A stretch of DNA of 64,000 nucleotides from Candidatus Kapaibacterium sp. (GCA_044350705.1 JBILHA010000002.1:306295-370294), one strand, 5' to 3'; positions 29,032 to 39,296 are shown, counted from the stretch's first letter. The notes: a model not told the origin generated them from the letters alone. Made by a program: numbers and translations.

Positions 29032-29034
29032 ACC

Positions 29035-29721
29035 TTAAGAGAAATACACCGTATAAAATCGTCCGATCACCATCCCCAGAAGTGCCGCTCCTAAAGAAAC
29101 CGCGACCATTTCTAATCCGCTCTGGACTCGGTTTACTCCTGCAAGTGACGCTTTCCACACTCCCAAAAAGAAAAGCATCGTTACCGTAAGCAGTAATGCT
29201 GCAGGAAGTGCAAGCGCAAGAGGGAGCATGAGATAAGGGAGAAGCACGATCGCCCCTCCTATTATATAGAATATTCCCATGATACCCGCAGAAATAAGCG
29301 GGGCATCTCCCACCGCGGGGGACATTTTATATTCACATCGATGGACTTCTTTCAGCCACACTTTGCGCTCTTTCATGATGACATCGGTGACAATTGTCAC
29401 TTCTTTTGGATTGAGTCCCTTTCTTTTAAAGAATTGTTTCATGGTTTCTGCATCACTTACGCGTTCTGCGAGTACTCGTGACGCGTCTTGCCGCATGCGC
29501 TCTTCGTAGAGTTCTGTTGCCGCTTTAGACGACAGGTAGCTCCCCGCAGCCATTGAGAGCGCCTCAACGGTCACGAGCACCACTCCGGCAAGGAGTACGA
29601 TTTTTACCTCTCCACTCCCAACCGCCATTCCCGATACCGCTCCCAAGGTTGAAACAAAGCTATCTTCCAGCCCAAATACTACCTCTCGAATATTTGCCGA
29701 AATGCGCTTTCCTAGGGTCAT
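29035..29721 (-). CDS. VIT1/CCC1 family putative iron/manganese transporter
   Basis: GLEDSFVSTLGAVSGMA...EALSMAAGSYLS and C-terminal TM helices. Confidence 0.75.
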   Translation of the reverse strand: MTLGKRISANIREVVFGLEDSFVSTLGAVSGMAVGSGEVKIVLLAGVVLVTVEALSMAAGSYLSSKAATELYEERMRQDASRVLAERVSDAETMKQFFKRKGLNPKEVTIVTDVIMKERKVWLKEVHRCEYKMSPAVGDAPLISAGIMGIFYIIGGAIVLLPYLMLPLALALPAALLLTVTMLFFLGVWKASLAGVNRVQSGLEMVAVSLGAALLGMVIGRFYTVYFS

Positions 29722-29796
29722 ATGCCATCCGTAGTATACCCCTTTTTGTTTTTCTGCTTGGGATAGAGTTCTTCACAAATTTTCAGGGGTGCTGGT

Positions 29797-30186
29797 ATGA
29801 TGAAAAAAACGCCTATGCAGATTTCAGGGCATTACGCAGGTTTTCCGGAAAAGACCCTTGTGATCATCATGAATCACGAACGCGCACGTATTTTCCATGC
29901 GCATGGCCATGATTTTACCGAGCAGCAGACCCTTCAGTCCCCCTCCTGCGGTTCGCTTGATGAAGCATGTATTAAGGAGTTTTTCTGCCTCGTTCATAAG
30001 CGCATGGAGCAAGCGCTTAAAAAAGAGGATGTGGTTGAATTTCTTGTCTGCGTTCCTGAGATCCACCGTCCTCTTTTTCAAGACCATACCCCTCAGCCGC
30101 TTCTGAAGAAGATTCAACGGCTTGTCCCGAAGAATCTCTCTGCCATGGAAGAGGGTCCCATTGTGAGAATCTTGTTTGAGGGATGA
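29797..30186 (+). CDS. hypothetical cytoplasmic protein
   Basis: 129-aa ORF in an otherwise gene-free gap, with reasonable codon usage. No motif recognised. Confidence 0.4.
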   Translation: MMKKTPMQISGHYAGFPEKTLVIIMNHERARIFHAHGHDFTEQQTLQSPSCGSLDEACIKEFFCLVHKRMEQALKKEDVVEFLVCVPEIHRPLFQDHTPQPLLKKIQRLVPKNLSAMEEGPIVRILFEG

Positions 30187-30275
30187 CGGCAGGGGCTTGA
30201 AAAATTCACTGTAGATCAGAAGAGAGCGCTGTTCGGCGCTCTCTTTTTATTCCTCATAACGCCCTTCTTCTCCAC

Positions 30276-32066
30276 CTACTCATCAAAATATCCTCCTGAC
30301 TGCATCTTCCACAAACGTTCGTACAAGCCTCCTTCATTGAGGAGCTCTTGGTGGGTACCGATTTCCTTTATTTTTCCTCGCTCCATTACCGCAATTGCAT
30401 CCGCCATGTAAATGGTAGAAAGGCGGTGTGCGATAATGATGGTCGTTCTTCCTTCCATCGCTTTGCGGAGTGCCGCCTGGAGCTTCATCTCCGTCTCAGA
30501 GTCTAAGGCGCTTGTCGATTCATCCAATACAAGAATCGGTTGATTTGCAAGAAATACCCGCGCAATCGCAAGACGTTGGCGCTCTCCTCCTGAAAGTCTT
30601 ACGCCTCGCTCTCCTACGACGGTTTCATATCCCTCTGAAAGGCGTTCAATAAATTCGTGCGCCTGTGCCTGCTTACACGCTTCAATAATCTCTGCACGCG
30701 TTGCGTTTGGCTTTACAAAACGCATGTTATCGAGCACGGACATGTTAAATAGCACGGATTCTTGATGCACAAATCCGATCGCTCTCCGCAGGTCCCCAAT
30801 ACGAACGTCACGAATATTTTTTCCATCGATGTAAATCGCTCCCGAGGTAGGGTCCAAGAAGCGGTTTAAGAATCTCACGAGGGTCGACTTTCCACTCCCT
30901 GATGGACCAACCAGCGCCAAGCTACTCCCGCCAGGAATGGTAAGCGAAATTTCCTTAAGCGATTCCTCTTTTTTTCCAGGGTATCGGAAAGATAACTTTT
31001 CAATGACGATTTCTCCTTTTACTTTTTTCAGTGCCTTTGCCCCTTCTTTCTCGAGGATCGCGTTTTCTTTTGTGAGCTCTGGGTATACGCGTGCGAATGC
31101 CGACCGCGTTTCACTGAGCTTTCGCATGAGCTCCGCAAGCATGTGCTCAAATGGCGCAAGGACGATATCAAGCATGCCCATGAACGTCACGAGCATACCG
31201 AGCGTGAGCGTTCCTTCGGAAATAAAGTAGAGGCCCGTTCCTAGAAGCACAAAGCGTCCAAAAAAGCGCGCAAATGATGTTCCAAATGCAAGCGTTGCCC
31301 ACAGCATATTCACTTTCCCCTGTCGGCGCATTGCTTCAAGACCAAGCCCCATGTGCAACGATGCCATGCGCTCTTCCGCGGCAAATGATTTTATAGGAAC
31401 AATGTTTGAAAGTATTTCTACAAATTTCTGCAAGAATTCTTCCCATGCTTCATTCATGGCATCCTGTTTTTTTTCAACGGAACGCTGAGCGACAAATGAC
31501 ATGAAAAAGAGGAGCGGAATGCCTGCAAGAGACGCAATGGTCATGCGCCAATCCAGAAATACTCCCACGATGAAAAAGGAGATTGCACCAAAGAAAATGG
31601 GAAAGATTTGCTGAAATGATAGTCCTGCAAGACGCCAGGTAGCATTTCCTGCATTATCAAGCTGTTTTGCAAGTCCTCCCATGGGAAGGACGGTGAAACG
31701 CTGAGGATCCCACCATAAGACTTTCTCGAGCGTTGTTTTCCAAAAACGTGACCACACGCCGTCCGCCGTTTTCCAGGCAATAACATTTGCTATTTCACGA
31801 GACGCGCTTCCGACCACATCAATGCATACCCACAGCAGCAACAGCGGCACCAACGCCGCCCAGAGGAGATTGAGCGTATTCTCATTCACCGCTCCGACCA
31901 CCGTATCAATCACTCGACCGTAAATCAGTGGTTCAGCAATAGATCCCAGGGAGGCAATCGCAAGGAATATGGTTATTCCCACATACCGAAAACCCGTTCC
32001 CGAGAATGCGGGACGAACTACTGCCCAAATACGTTTCAACGACAAACGCTCCTCCTTGTTTTGCAT
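30276..32066 (-). CDS. ABC transporter, fused permease/ATP-binding exporter (MsbA/multidrug type)
   Basis: Six-TM domain plus NBD with Walker A GPSGSGKST, signature LSGGERQRLAIAR and Walker B ILVLDEST. Confidence 0.9.
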   Translation of the reverse strand: MQNKEERLSLKRIWAVVRPAFSGTGFRYVGITIFLAIASLGSIAEPLIYGRVIDTVVGAVNENTLNLLWAALVPLLLLWVCIDVVGSASREIANVIAWKTADGVWSRFWKTTLEKVLWWDPQRFTVLPMGGLAKQLDNAGNATWRLAGLSFQQIFPIFFGAISFFIVGVFLDWRMTIASLAGIPLLFFMSFVAQRSVEKKQDAMNEAWEEFLQKFVEILSNIVPIKSFAAEERMASLHMGLGLEAMRRQGKVNMLWATLAFGTSFARFFGRFVLLGTGLYFISEGTLTLGMLVTFMGMLDIVLAPFEHMLAELMRKLSETRSAFARVYPELTKENAILEKEGAKALKKVKGEIVIEKLSFRYPGKKEESLKEISLTIPGGSSLALVGPSGSGKSTLVRFLNRFLDPTSGAIYIDGKNIRDVRIGDLRRAIGFVHQESVLFNMSVLDNMRFVKPNATRAEIIEACKQAQAHEFIERLSEGYETVVGERGVRLSGGERQRLAIARVFLANQPILVLDESTSALDSETEMKLQAALRKAMEGRTTIIIAHRLSTIYMADAIAVMERGKIKEIGTHQELLNEGGLYERLWKMQSGGYFDE

Positions 32067-32145
32067 GAAAATAGTATACCTCAGAAGGTTTTGGGGTTAT
32101 TGTAAGCTTACGCATGATCTGCTATTGTCTGTGGCGTTCCTGCAG

Positions 32146-32221
32146 GGCCACATGGCGAAGTGGTTAACGCGGCGGTCTGCAAAACCGCTATTCGTGGGTT
32201 CGATCCTCACTGTGGCCTCCA
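32146..32221 (+). tRNA. tRNA-Cys(GCA), CCA encoded
   Basis: Acceptor GGCCACA/TGTGGCC, anticodon loop cTGCAaa, T-arm GTGGGTTCGATCCTCAC. Confidence 0.85.
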
Positions 32222-32235
32222 TGTGACGATAAAAC

Positions 32236-32268
32236 TAAAAACACCGGTCGAACGCGCCGGTGTTTTTA
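32236..32268 (+). terminator. rho-independent terminator after tRNA-Cys
   Basis: aaaaacaccggtcgaacgcgccggtgttttt. Confidence 0.7.
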
Positions 32269-32281
32269 GTTCTTTTGAGCA

Positions 32282-32318
32282 TAAAAAAACCCCGCATTTC
32301 TGCGGGATGTTTTTTTTA
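32282..32318 (-). terminator. rho-independent terminator of the 3D-domain gene
   Basis: aaaaaaaccccgcatttctgcgggatgtttttttt. Confidence 0.7.
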
Positions 32319-32870
32319 TTTCTCGTAATATACCTCAATGGTTACATTGTTCTTCACGCCGAACTTGCGAGCATCGGAATATTCTTCCATCCAGATATCG
32401 ACGCGGTTCGTATAACGCGCGTTCATGCGATCTTCTACAATGAAGATTTCATCGCCGTAAAGTTCAGGAATCTTAATGTAGGTACCAAGAGGCACGAAGT
32501 TTGCAGCTACAATGCCGTGACGCGTCGTCGTACCCATTGCGGTTTCAAAAGGATTGCTGTCCGTTTGCTCGGGAAGAGAGTTATACGCAGTCATAGAAAC
32601 CCGCACAATGCGGTCTGGTGTTTCTACGAGATCTGCCTTTTCCAAGGTTCCCTCTTCCGCCATTTCATTCTGCCTTGCTTCTACTTCAAGCGCGATTGCA
32701 CGCTCCTTAGCAGAGGGAATACCCCCTGCAAGCGTTGCGGTAGCAGCATTCGCAGGAAAGGTCATTCCTCCTACGGCAAGGGTTATCACCGCAATGAGCG
32801 CCATATCGGTAGGAGACTTCTTGATGATCGTTGCGAGTCGCGTAATCGAGAAACGAAGAGAATTCATCAT
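32316..32870 (-). CDS. 3D-domain (MltA/RlpA-like double-psi beta-barrel) cell-wall protein
   Basis: N-terminal TM/signal segment. C-terminal 3D-domain pattern ..MTAYNS..TASG...GIVAANFVPLGTYIKIPELYGDEIFIVEDRM. Confidence 0.7.
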   Translation of the reverse strand: MMNSLRFSITRLATIIKKSPTDMALIAVITLAVGGMTFPANAATATLAGGIPSAKERAIALEVEARQNEMAEEGTLEKADLVETPDRIVRVSMTAYNSLPEQTDSNPFETAMGTTTRHGIVAANFVPLGTYIKIPELYGDEIFIVEDRMNARYTNRVDIWMEEYSDARKFGVKNNVTIEVYYEK

Positions 32871-33146
32871 AACCGAACATTGTAGCAGTTTTTGCGTATT
32901 TTGTCAATGAAAAATGCCTATTATTTAGCTTAGATTAGCCAAATTATGAGGATTTCCTTCCTATCCTTTTCCCCTGCTCTTTCTTTCCCTCTTTCCCTCT
33001 TCGGTTTTCTTTGATTTTTCCCTATCTTTTCTCTTTTTTTCGAGGTATGATGCAGGAAATTGTTTTTTTCTATGTTTCGCTACGCGCAAAACCATAAATC
33101 TACTAAAAATCTCTCTTTTCAGGGCATTTCACGGTGGTTCAGTCGT

Positions 33147-35960
33147 ATGGATAAAAAAACTCTTTTCAAAAATATTGCCCTTCTCGGCGCTGCGGTGGGA
33201 CTTCTTGGCTGTCTTATTCTCCTCGGGGTTTTCGCGTGGTATTCTCGTGGACTTCCTGATCCAGATGCACTTCTTGATCGCACCATCGCTCAAGCAACAA
33301 AAATCTATGATCGGAGTGGAGAGCACCTTCTTTACGAAATTTACGGCGAGGAAAATCGTACGATCGTAAAGATGCAGGAAGGCTTTTGCAAAGATGATGA
33401 TCAATTTGAAACTGATCCTCAGGGCATTCCTCTTTTTGTCGCTCAAGCCGTACTTGCAGCAGAGGACCGCGCCTTTTGTTCACATAATGGTTTCACCTTT
33501 AAGGGTGTTTTCCGTGCGGTCATTTTCATGGGAAAGCGCGGCGGCGGATCAACGCTTACCCAGCAGCTCGTCAAAAACGCTATTCTTACCAATGAGCAGC
33601 ATATTTCTCGTAAGATTAAAGAGCTCATGCTCTCCGTTGTTCTTGAACAAAAGTATTCTAAGGACGATATTCTCCAGATTTACTTCAATGAAATTCCGTA
33701 CGGATCTACGTATTACGGCATTCAGACTGCTGCGCAAAATTTCTACGGAAAAAATGTTCATGAGCTCACGCTCGCTGAGGGCGCTACGCTCGCCGGCCTT
33801 CCTCAGCTGCCTACGTATTACATCAATAATCCAGATGCTCTCAAGGAGCGTCGTGACTGGATTCTGACGAGCATGGCCGAGCTTGGTTATATCACCGAAG
33901 AAGCTGCAAACGCCGCAAAGGCCGAGGAAACCCCTTTGCAGATTAGCAGCGAAGGAGCATTCCTTGCCCCTCACTTTGTCATGTGGATTAAGGGGATGCT
34001 TGAGGAGCAATATGGAACGAGCGCCGTGGAGACGGGAGGACTTCGCGTTATCACAACGCTTGATTACGATAAACAGGTTATTGCTGAAGAGGCCGTAAAA
34101 AACGGCGTTGCAACCTATGGCCCTTCTTATGACTTTCAAAATGCCGGCCTTCTCGCACAAAATCCTCGCACGGGAGAAATCCTCGCCATGGTCGGTTCTC
34201 CTGATTTTTCAAATAACGAGATCGATGGACAGGTCAACGTCACCTTGCGCAATCTTCAGCCCGGATCGAGCATCAAGCCTATCGTCTATGCCGCAGCATT
34301 TGAACGAGGGTTCACGCCCAACACCGTTGTATGGGATGTAAATACCACCTTCCCTACCGAGACTTCTCCGTACACTCCCTACAATTATGACCTGAGCCAA
34401 CGAGGCCTCATCTCTCTTCGTTCTGCACTTCAAGGATCTTTAAATATTCCCGCAGTAAAAGTACTTTATTTGGTTGGTATTGATCATGCCATCGCCTTTG
34501 CTCAACGCCTTGGATATTCTACCTTTACCGATCGATCGCGCATTGGCCTTTCTATGGTCCTCGGGGGAGCAGAGGTCACCATGCTTGATCATGTAGGTGC
34601 GTATAGCATCCTCGCAAACAACGGTTACCGCCATACTCCGCAAGCGCTTTTGCGCGTTGAAGACTCCTCTGGAAAAGAGCTTTTCTCGTTTGACGCTGAC
34701 CAAGCAAAAGGAGAGCAGGTGCTTGATGCCAATATTTCCGCCATGATGTCGAACGTCCTCTCTGATAACAGTGCGCGCGCCTATGTTTTCGGTCCTTCAA
34801 ACTATCTCACACTCTCGGATCGTCCTGTTGCTGCAAAAACCGGAACCACAAATAACTTCAAGGATGCATGGACCGTGGGATACACCCCTTCCCTTACTGC
34901 GGGTGTCTGGGTAGGGAACGCATCAGGAACCGTCATGAAAAGTGGAGCTGATGGATCAAAAATCGCTGCGCCTATTTGGAACGAATTCATGAAACGCTCT
35001 CTTCAGGGAACTCCTGCTGAAAGCTTCCCTACTCCGAGCATTCCTCTTACCGGCAAGGCAATGATTGACGGCAAAGTTGAAGCAACTACCGTCACCATCG
35101 ATCGCGCTTCCGGCAAACTTGCCACCGATCGAACCCCGGAGTCTTTTAAGGAGACGCTGAGCTGTGGTGAATTCCATACCATTTTACGATATGTAGATCC
35201 TCGAGATCCTCTCGGCCCCGCACCTCGAGAGCCTCAAAGCGACCCCCAGTACACCGCCTGGGAAACCGCCGTTCAGAACTTTATTACTGGGTACAACGAA
35301 AGATTACAGCCCGATCAAGCTCCCATGGAAAATTGCACCGTCCCCACCGAGGAAGACGATGTGCATATTAAACGCAACGAACCCTCTATCCGCATTACAT
35401 CCCCAGATAATAACGACGACGTAGAGCGGACTATCAACGTTCGCTATGAAAGTGAGGTCAAGCGATCTTTTGGCCGCGTAGAATTCTTTATTGATGGCAC
35501 GCTTATCGATACGAGCTCATCTATGGATGGCGCTCTGCTTAGTCTTCCTTCCTGGGTCACCAAAGGTCGTCATACGCTCACCGTCACTATTTATGACGAC
35601 GTTGATAATAGCGCCTCTGACGAAATCAGTATCCGCGTAGAGGACGAGGGAATTGAAGGTTCGGTTACCATCACCAATCCCTTTGAAGGGCAGACCATTA
35701 CGAGGTCTTCTGAATTAAGTACGTATACGGTTGTTGTGGAGATTCCTAGCAACACCGTTCTGACCACGCTCACTCTTTACGCAACTGAAAACGCGACCCG
35801 CACCACAACCCCCATTGCCTCGTATGTGGCCCCTAGCGCTATTGTGAGCTCCTCATGGATACTTCCTCCCAATTCTGGCTCTTACACCCTCTCTGCTCGC
35901 GGAACGCTTGCTGATGGCTCGAGTATCGATGCACGTTCAGTGATGGTCTATGTTAATTAG
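33147..35960 (+). CDS. penicillin-binding protein 1A (bifunctional glycosyltransferase/transpeptidase) with a long C-terminal Ig-like extension
   Basis: GT51 motifs (EDRAFCSHNGF, GGSTLTQQL), TP motifs (SGSSIKP, SLN, KTGT), and a roughly 300-aa beta-rich C-terminal region. Start at MDKKTLFK. Confidence 0.9.
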   Translation: MDKKTLFKNIALLGAAVGLLGCLILLGVFAWYSRGLPDPDALLDRTIAQATKIYDRSGEHLLYEIYGEENRTIVKMQEGFCKDDDQFETDPQGIPLFVAQAVLAAEDRAFCSHNGFTFKGVFRAVIFMGKRGGGSTLTQQLVKNAILTNEQHISRKIKELMLSVVLEQKYSKDDILQIYFNEIPYGSTYYGIQTAAQNFYGKNVHELTLAEGATLAGLPQLPTYYINNPDALKERRDWILTSMAELGYITEEAANAAKAEETPLQISSEGAFLAPHFVMWIKGMLEEQYGTSAVETGGLRVITTLDYDKQVIAEEAVKNGVATYGPSYDFQNAGLLAQNPRTGEILAMVGSPDFSNNEIDGQVNVTLRNLQPGSSIKPIVYAAAFERGFTPNTVVWDVNTTFPTETSPYTPYNYDLSQRGLISLRSALQGSLNIPAVKVLYLVGIDHAIAFAQRLGYSTFTDRSRIGLSMVLGGAEVTMLDHVGAYSILANNGYRHTPQALLRVEDSSGKELFSFDADQAKGEQVLDANISAMMSNVLSDNSARAYVFGPSNYLTLSDRPVAAKTGTTNNFKDAWTVGYTPSLTAGVWVGNASGTVMKSGADGSKIAAPIWNEFMKRSLQGTPAESFPTPSIPLTGKAMIDGKVEATTVTIDRASGKLATDRTPESFKETLSCGEFHTILRYVDPRDPLGPAPREPQSDPQYTAWETAVQNFITGYNERLQPDQAPMENCTVPTEEDDVHIKRNEPSIRITSPDNNDDVERTINVRYESEVKRSFGRVEFFIDGTLIDTSSSMDGALLSLPSWVTKGRHTLTVTIYDDVDNSASDEISIRVEDEGIEGSVTITNPFEGQTITRSSELSTYTVVVEIPSNTVLTTLTLYATENATRTTTPIASYVAPSAIVSSSWILPPNSGSYTLSARGTLADGSSIDARSVMVYVN

Positions 35961-35965
35961 TCCCA

Positions 35966-35999
35966 TCAAAAAAACCCTTCCATGTGGAAGGGTTTTTTC
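35966..35999. terminator. bidirectional terminator between PBP1A and dnaN
   Basis: aaaaaaacccttccatgtggaagggtttttt. Confidence 0.75.
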
Positions 36000-37133
36000 T
36001 TATTGCCTGATCGGCATGACGATATAGAGATAATCTGTTTTTTCCTGCCCATGCGGAAGAATAATGCATGGATTCATCGCATCAATCATCTTCATGTGCA
36101 CCTTTTCCGTTTGGAGAGCCTGCGCTCCATCGAGTAAGTAGCGGAAGTTGAGCGTGATACTGTTTGCGTTTCCCATCACTTCTGCCTCGATCGTTACTTC
36201 ATTCTCTCCTCTTCCAATGTCATTTGCAAAGAGTCTGAGCAACTTTTCTTCTGGCCTCACCTCAAAACGCACATCAAAGAGACCATTTTTTGAGAAAAGT
36301 GCGGTTCGCTTTACTGCCTGGATGAGCGCATTTCTCTCCAAAATAAGTTCTGTTGTGAATGTTTTGGGGATAATTTGCCGGTAATCAGGATACACGCCAT
36401 CAATGGTACGCGAAGAAAGTTCTACCGATCCGCAACGGAATGCGATCTGATTATCGGTAAGCTCGATATCGATATTTTCTGCGGCTTCAACGCTTGAACG
36501 AAGCACGCTCAAAATGCGCCGAAGTTCTGCGAGCGTTCGCGCGGGGATCACCACCTTCCGCTCACCCAGAGTTTCACTTACGAGTGGTACGCTCTTTTCT
36601 CCCAAGCGGTAACTATCCGTTGCGGCAACCGTCACGGTTTTTGTATCGCCGTTGAAGTACAAGAACGCTCCAGTGAGAATTTGTCGCGCTTCGCTTGTTG
36701 AGACGGCAAAGAGCGTTTGCCCAAGAGCCGCATCAAATGATTGTGCTTGCACGGTATAAGTTATTCCTCCGCTTACTTTTGGAATTGCAGGGAATTCTGA
36801 GGCCGCAAGACCGTGCATTTTTGTTTTAGAACTTCCGCAATGTACCGCTACAGAGGTATCCAAGAGATCTAGATCAATACGCTCATCAGGAAGAAGACCT
36901 ACATAATCCGCGAGGAGCTTTGCAGGAAGCGTGTATCCACCAGGTTGATCTACCTTTGCACGAATCATGCAGGATACGGTGAGATCTAGGTTTGTAGATG
37001 TTAAACGCACACCTCCCACATCTGCTTGTAAGAGGATGTTGTTAAGAATGGGAAGATTAGCACTCTTTCCACTTATATGGCTTGCTATGGAGAGTCCTTG
37101 ATGAAGGTTGTCTTTGGTACAAGAGAATTTCAC
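36000..37133 (-). CDS. dnaN: DNA polymerase III beta sliding clamp
   Basis: Three-domain clamp, N-terminal MKFSCTKDNL...LQA, immediately downstream of dnaA. Confidence 0.9.
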   Translation of the reverse strand: MKFSCTKDNLHQGLSIASHISGKSANLPILNNILLQADVGGVRLTSTNLDLTVSCMIRAKVDQPGGYTLPAKLLADYVGLLPDERIDLDLLDTSVAVHCGSSKTKMHGLAASEFPAIPKVSGGITYTVQAQSFDAALGQTLFAVSTSEARQILTGAFLYFNGDTKTVTVAATDSYRLGEKSVPLVSETLGERKVVIPARTLAELRRILSVLRSSVEAAENIDIELTDNQIAFRCGSVELSSRTIDGVYPDYRQIIPKTFTTELILERNALIQAVKRTALFSKNGLFDVRFEVRPEEKLLRLFANDIGRGENEVTIEAEVMGNANSITLNFRYLLDGAQALQTEKVHMKMIDAMNPCIILPHGQEKTDYLYIVMPIRQ

Positions 37134-37462
37134 AGGAGAGAAGACAAGGATGATGGCTACAGGTTACTGATTTTTTAATAAAGTACAAAGGTGATAATCG
37201 TAAGCCTGTGGATGGCGGGGATAACTGTGGATGAACCGGCAAATATTGGGGATTTCTTTTGGGGGTATGTGGATGAATTGGTGAGGAGTTGTGAGATGAA
37301 CTGGGGATAGAATATGTTCCCTCCTTCGGTTTTCTTTCTATCCTCATTCTATCCGCCTTTCATACACAGAGCTGTTCCCATGTTATCCCTAGGTTTATCC
37401 TCACTTTGTGCACACGAACAATCGCCGAACGTTTTCCACACAGGTGGATAATATGTGGATAA
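37134..37462. promoter_or_regulatory. dnaA-dnaN intergenic region with clustered DnaA boxes and an AT-rich stretch (candidate oriC / DUE)
   Basis: Perfect TGTGGATAA at 37454-37462, GGTGGATAA at 37444-37452, and TGTGGATGA-type boxes near 37210, 37225 and 37265. AT-rich tract at 37170-37200. Confidence 0.6.
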
Positions 37463-38917
37463 CTATGCGCCGATGTAGAGGCGCTGACGGATTAGTTCAA
37501 GGTCTTTTTGGAGCTTTTCATCCCCATTTTCTAGTAATTCCCTAATTTTTCCATGTGCATGCATGGCCGTTGTGTGATCGCGTCCCCCTAGTTCTGTTCC
37601 GATGGTGGGATAGGAGGAATTCATTTCTTCGCGAAGAAGATACATGATGATCTGTCTTGGAAAAGCGAGGCGCTTTTCGCGGCTTTTTCCCAGAACGTCG
37701 TCGGTGGTGATGTCGAAATACTCCGCGACAATGGAGATGACCTGTTTTGGAGTGACGGTTTTTTTAATGTTTTCGGATTCGAAGCTGGCAACAATTGGTT
37801 TTACGCTTTCAAGCGTTGGTTCCATATTGCGGAATTCGTGTACCGCAATGATTTTATTGAGTGCTCCTTCAAGTTCGCGGATGTTTGAAGAGATGTTTGC
37901 CGCGATGTAATGAAGAATTTCTGAAGAGAGATGTGTTTGCTTTTCCGCACACTTGCGCTCCAAAATCGCGATACGTGTTTCGAGATCAGGAGTGCCTACG
38001 TCTACAAGCATTCCCCATTCAAGTCGGGATTGGAGGCGCTTTTCAAGTCCTGCGATAGATTTTGGAGGGCGATCTGAAGAAATGACAATTTGACGGTTGT
38101 CTTGGTGAAGTGCGTTAAACGTATGGAAAAACTCCTCCTGCGTTCCTTCTTTTCCCGTAATAAACTGGATGTCATCGATGAGGAGAAGATCGACGTTTCG
38201 ATACCGATCTTTAAATTCCTTTCCTTTTCCTGAGCGCACGGAGTGAATGAAGTCGTTTGTAAAGTGTTCACACGTCACATACATGATGCGTGCGTTTTGC
38301 CATTTGCGACGGATTTCATTCGCGATTGCATGGAGTAGGTGTGTTTTTCCGAGCCCCACGCCTCCGTAGATGAAAAGGGGGTTATAGGTCCCTCCTGGAT
38401 GTGCGGCCACTGCTTGTGCGGCTGCATGCGCGAGTTCGTTTTGTTTTCCGACAACAAATGTTGAGAATGTTTGTTGAGGATTTATTGCAATGTTTCCTGT
38501 AGGTGGTGGGATTTCCGCGCCTCCTGTGGTGAATCCTAAATCGGTGGGAGTATTTTTTTGTTGCTCAAGGACGAGTGGTTGGGGGCCGGTATTTTTTGTT
38601 TCTACGCGGTATGTCAGGCTTCGAACAGGCTGATTTGTAACGTTTTCAATGGCGTTGATGATATCTTTGTGGTGACGCTTTTCCAGCCATGAAGCGTTGA
38701 TAGTATTGGGAGAGCCAATGACGACATCGCCTATGTTGTATTCGGCGATAAAAGTGTTGGTAAACCATGTCGTAAAGTTTGCTCGGCTGAGTTTTAGTTC
38801 CAGCTCTGCCAATACTGCCTGCCAAAGTTCGTGCGTATTCATAGGCGCAAAATTAGTCACCCCACCGGGTGCGTGAACGACTGGGACGATAATACCTATT
38901 TTATCCACAGGGCACAA
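37463..38917 (-). CDS. dnaA: chromosomal replication initiator protein DnaA
   Basis: AAA+ Walker A GGVGLGKTHL, DnaA signature and C-terminal DNA-binding helix. The track start at 38917 is a TTG; the biological start is more likely the Met at 38842 (MNTHELWQAV..). Confidence 0.93.
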   Translation of the reverse strand: MCPVDKIGIIVPVVHAPGGVTNFAPMNTHELWQAVLAELELKLSRANFTTWFTNTFIAEYNIGDVVIGSPNTINASWLEKRHHKDIINAIENVTNQPVRSLTYRVETKNTGPQPLVLEQQKNTPTDLGFTTGGAEIPPPTGNIAINPQQTFSTFVVGKQNELAHAAAQAVAAHPGGTYNPLFIYGGVGLGKTHLLHAIANEIRRKWQNARIMYVTCEHFTNDFIHSVRSGKGKEFKDRYRNVDLLLIDDIQFITGKEGTQEEFFHTFNALHQDNRQIVISSDRPPKSIAGLEKRLQSRLEWGMLVDVGTPDLETRIAILERKCAEKQTHLSSEILHYIAANISSNIRELEGALNKIIAVHEFRNMEPTLESVKPIVASFESENIKKTVTPKQVISIVAEYFDITTDDVLGKSREKRLAFPRQIIMYLLREEMNSSYPTIGTELGGRDHTTAMHAHGKIRELLENGDEKLQKDLELIRQRLYIGA

Positions 38918-39037
38918 TTCTGCGAGAGTTCGCCAAAAAATGGGGAAATCTGGATAAGGTGTGGATAACTTAGTCTTTTCCCTTGTTCGGATCTTTTTTG
39001 TGTTCAGAAGGAGGATCTTGAGAGAGATTCGCTAAAA
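38843..39037. promoter_or_regulatory. region upstream of dnaA with DnaA boxes (autoregulatory promoter / second half of a bipartite oriC)
   Basis: TTATCCACA at 38901-38909, TGTGGATAA at 38960-38968, CTGGATAAG at 38950-38958. The region runs up to the divergent rpmH. Confidence 0.55.
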
Positions 39038-39091
39038 TTGGCTAAGAAGTTTGACATTCATGGGTCTGAGGCGTATGCTTTGCGTACTTTT

Positions 39092-39244
39092 ATGCCAAAG
39101 CGTACATACCAACCCAAGAAGCGCCGACGCGCGAAGGTTCATGGGTTCCGGGCACGCATGAAAACCAAGGACGGCCGCAACGTACTTAAACGCCGCCGCC
39201 TCAAGGGCCGCAAGCGCCTGACGGTTACTGCGCGACCTCGTTAG
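39092..39244 (+). CDS. rpmH: 50S ribosomal protein L34
   Basis: [45 protein letters not shown]. Start reassigned to the internal Met of the longer track ORF. Confidence 0.9.
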   Translation: MPKRTYQPKKRRRAKVHGFRARMKTKDGRNVLKRRRLKGRKRLTVTARPR

Positions 39245-39296
39245 AAACAAAATGCTCCGCTTCGTGCGGAGTATTTTGATACTATTTTCTTGAGCT

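Noticed and set aside
32160-32885. 241-aa plus-strand ORF
   Set aside because: Begins inside tRNA-Cys, runs through two terminators, and is antisense to the 3D-domain gene.
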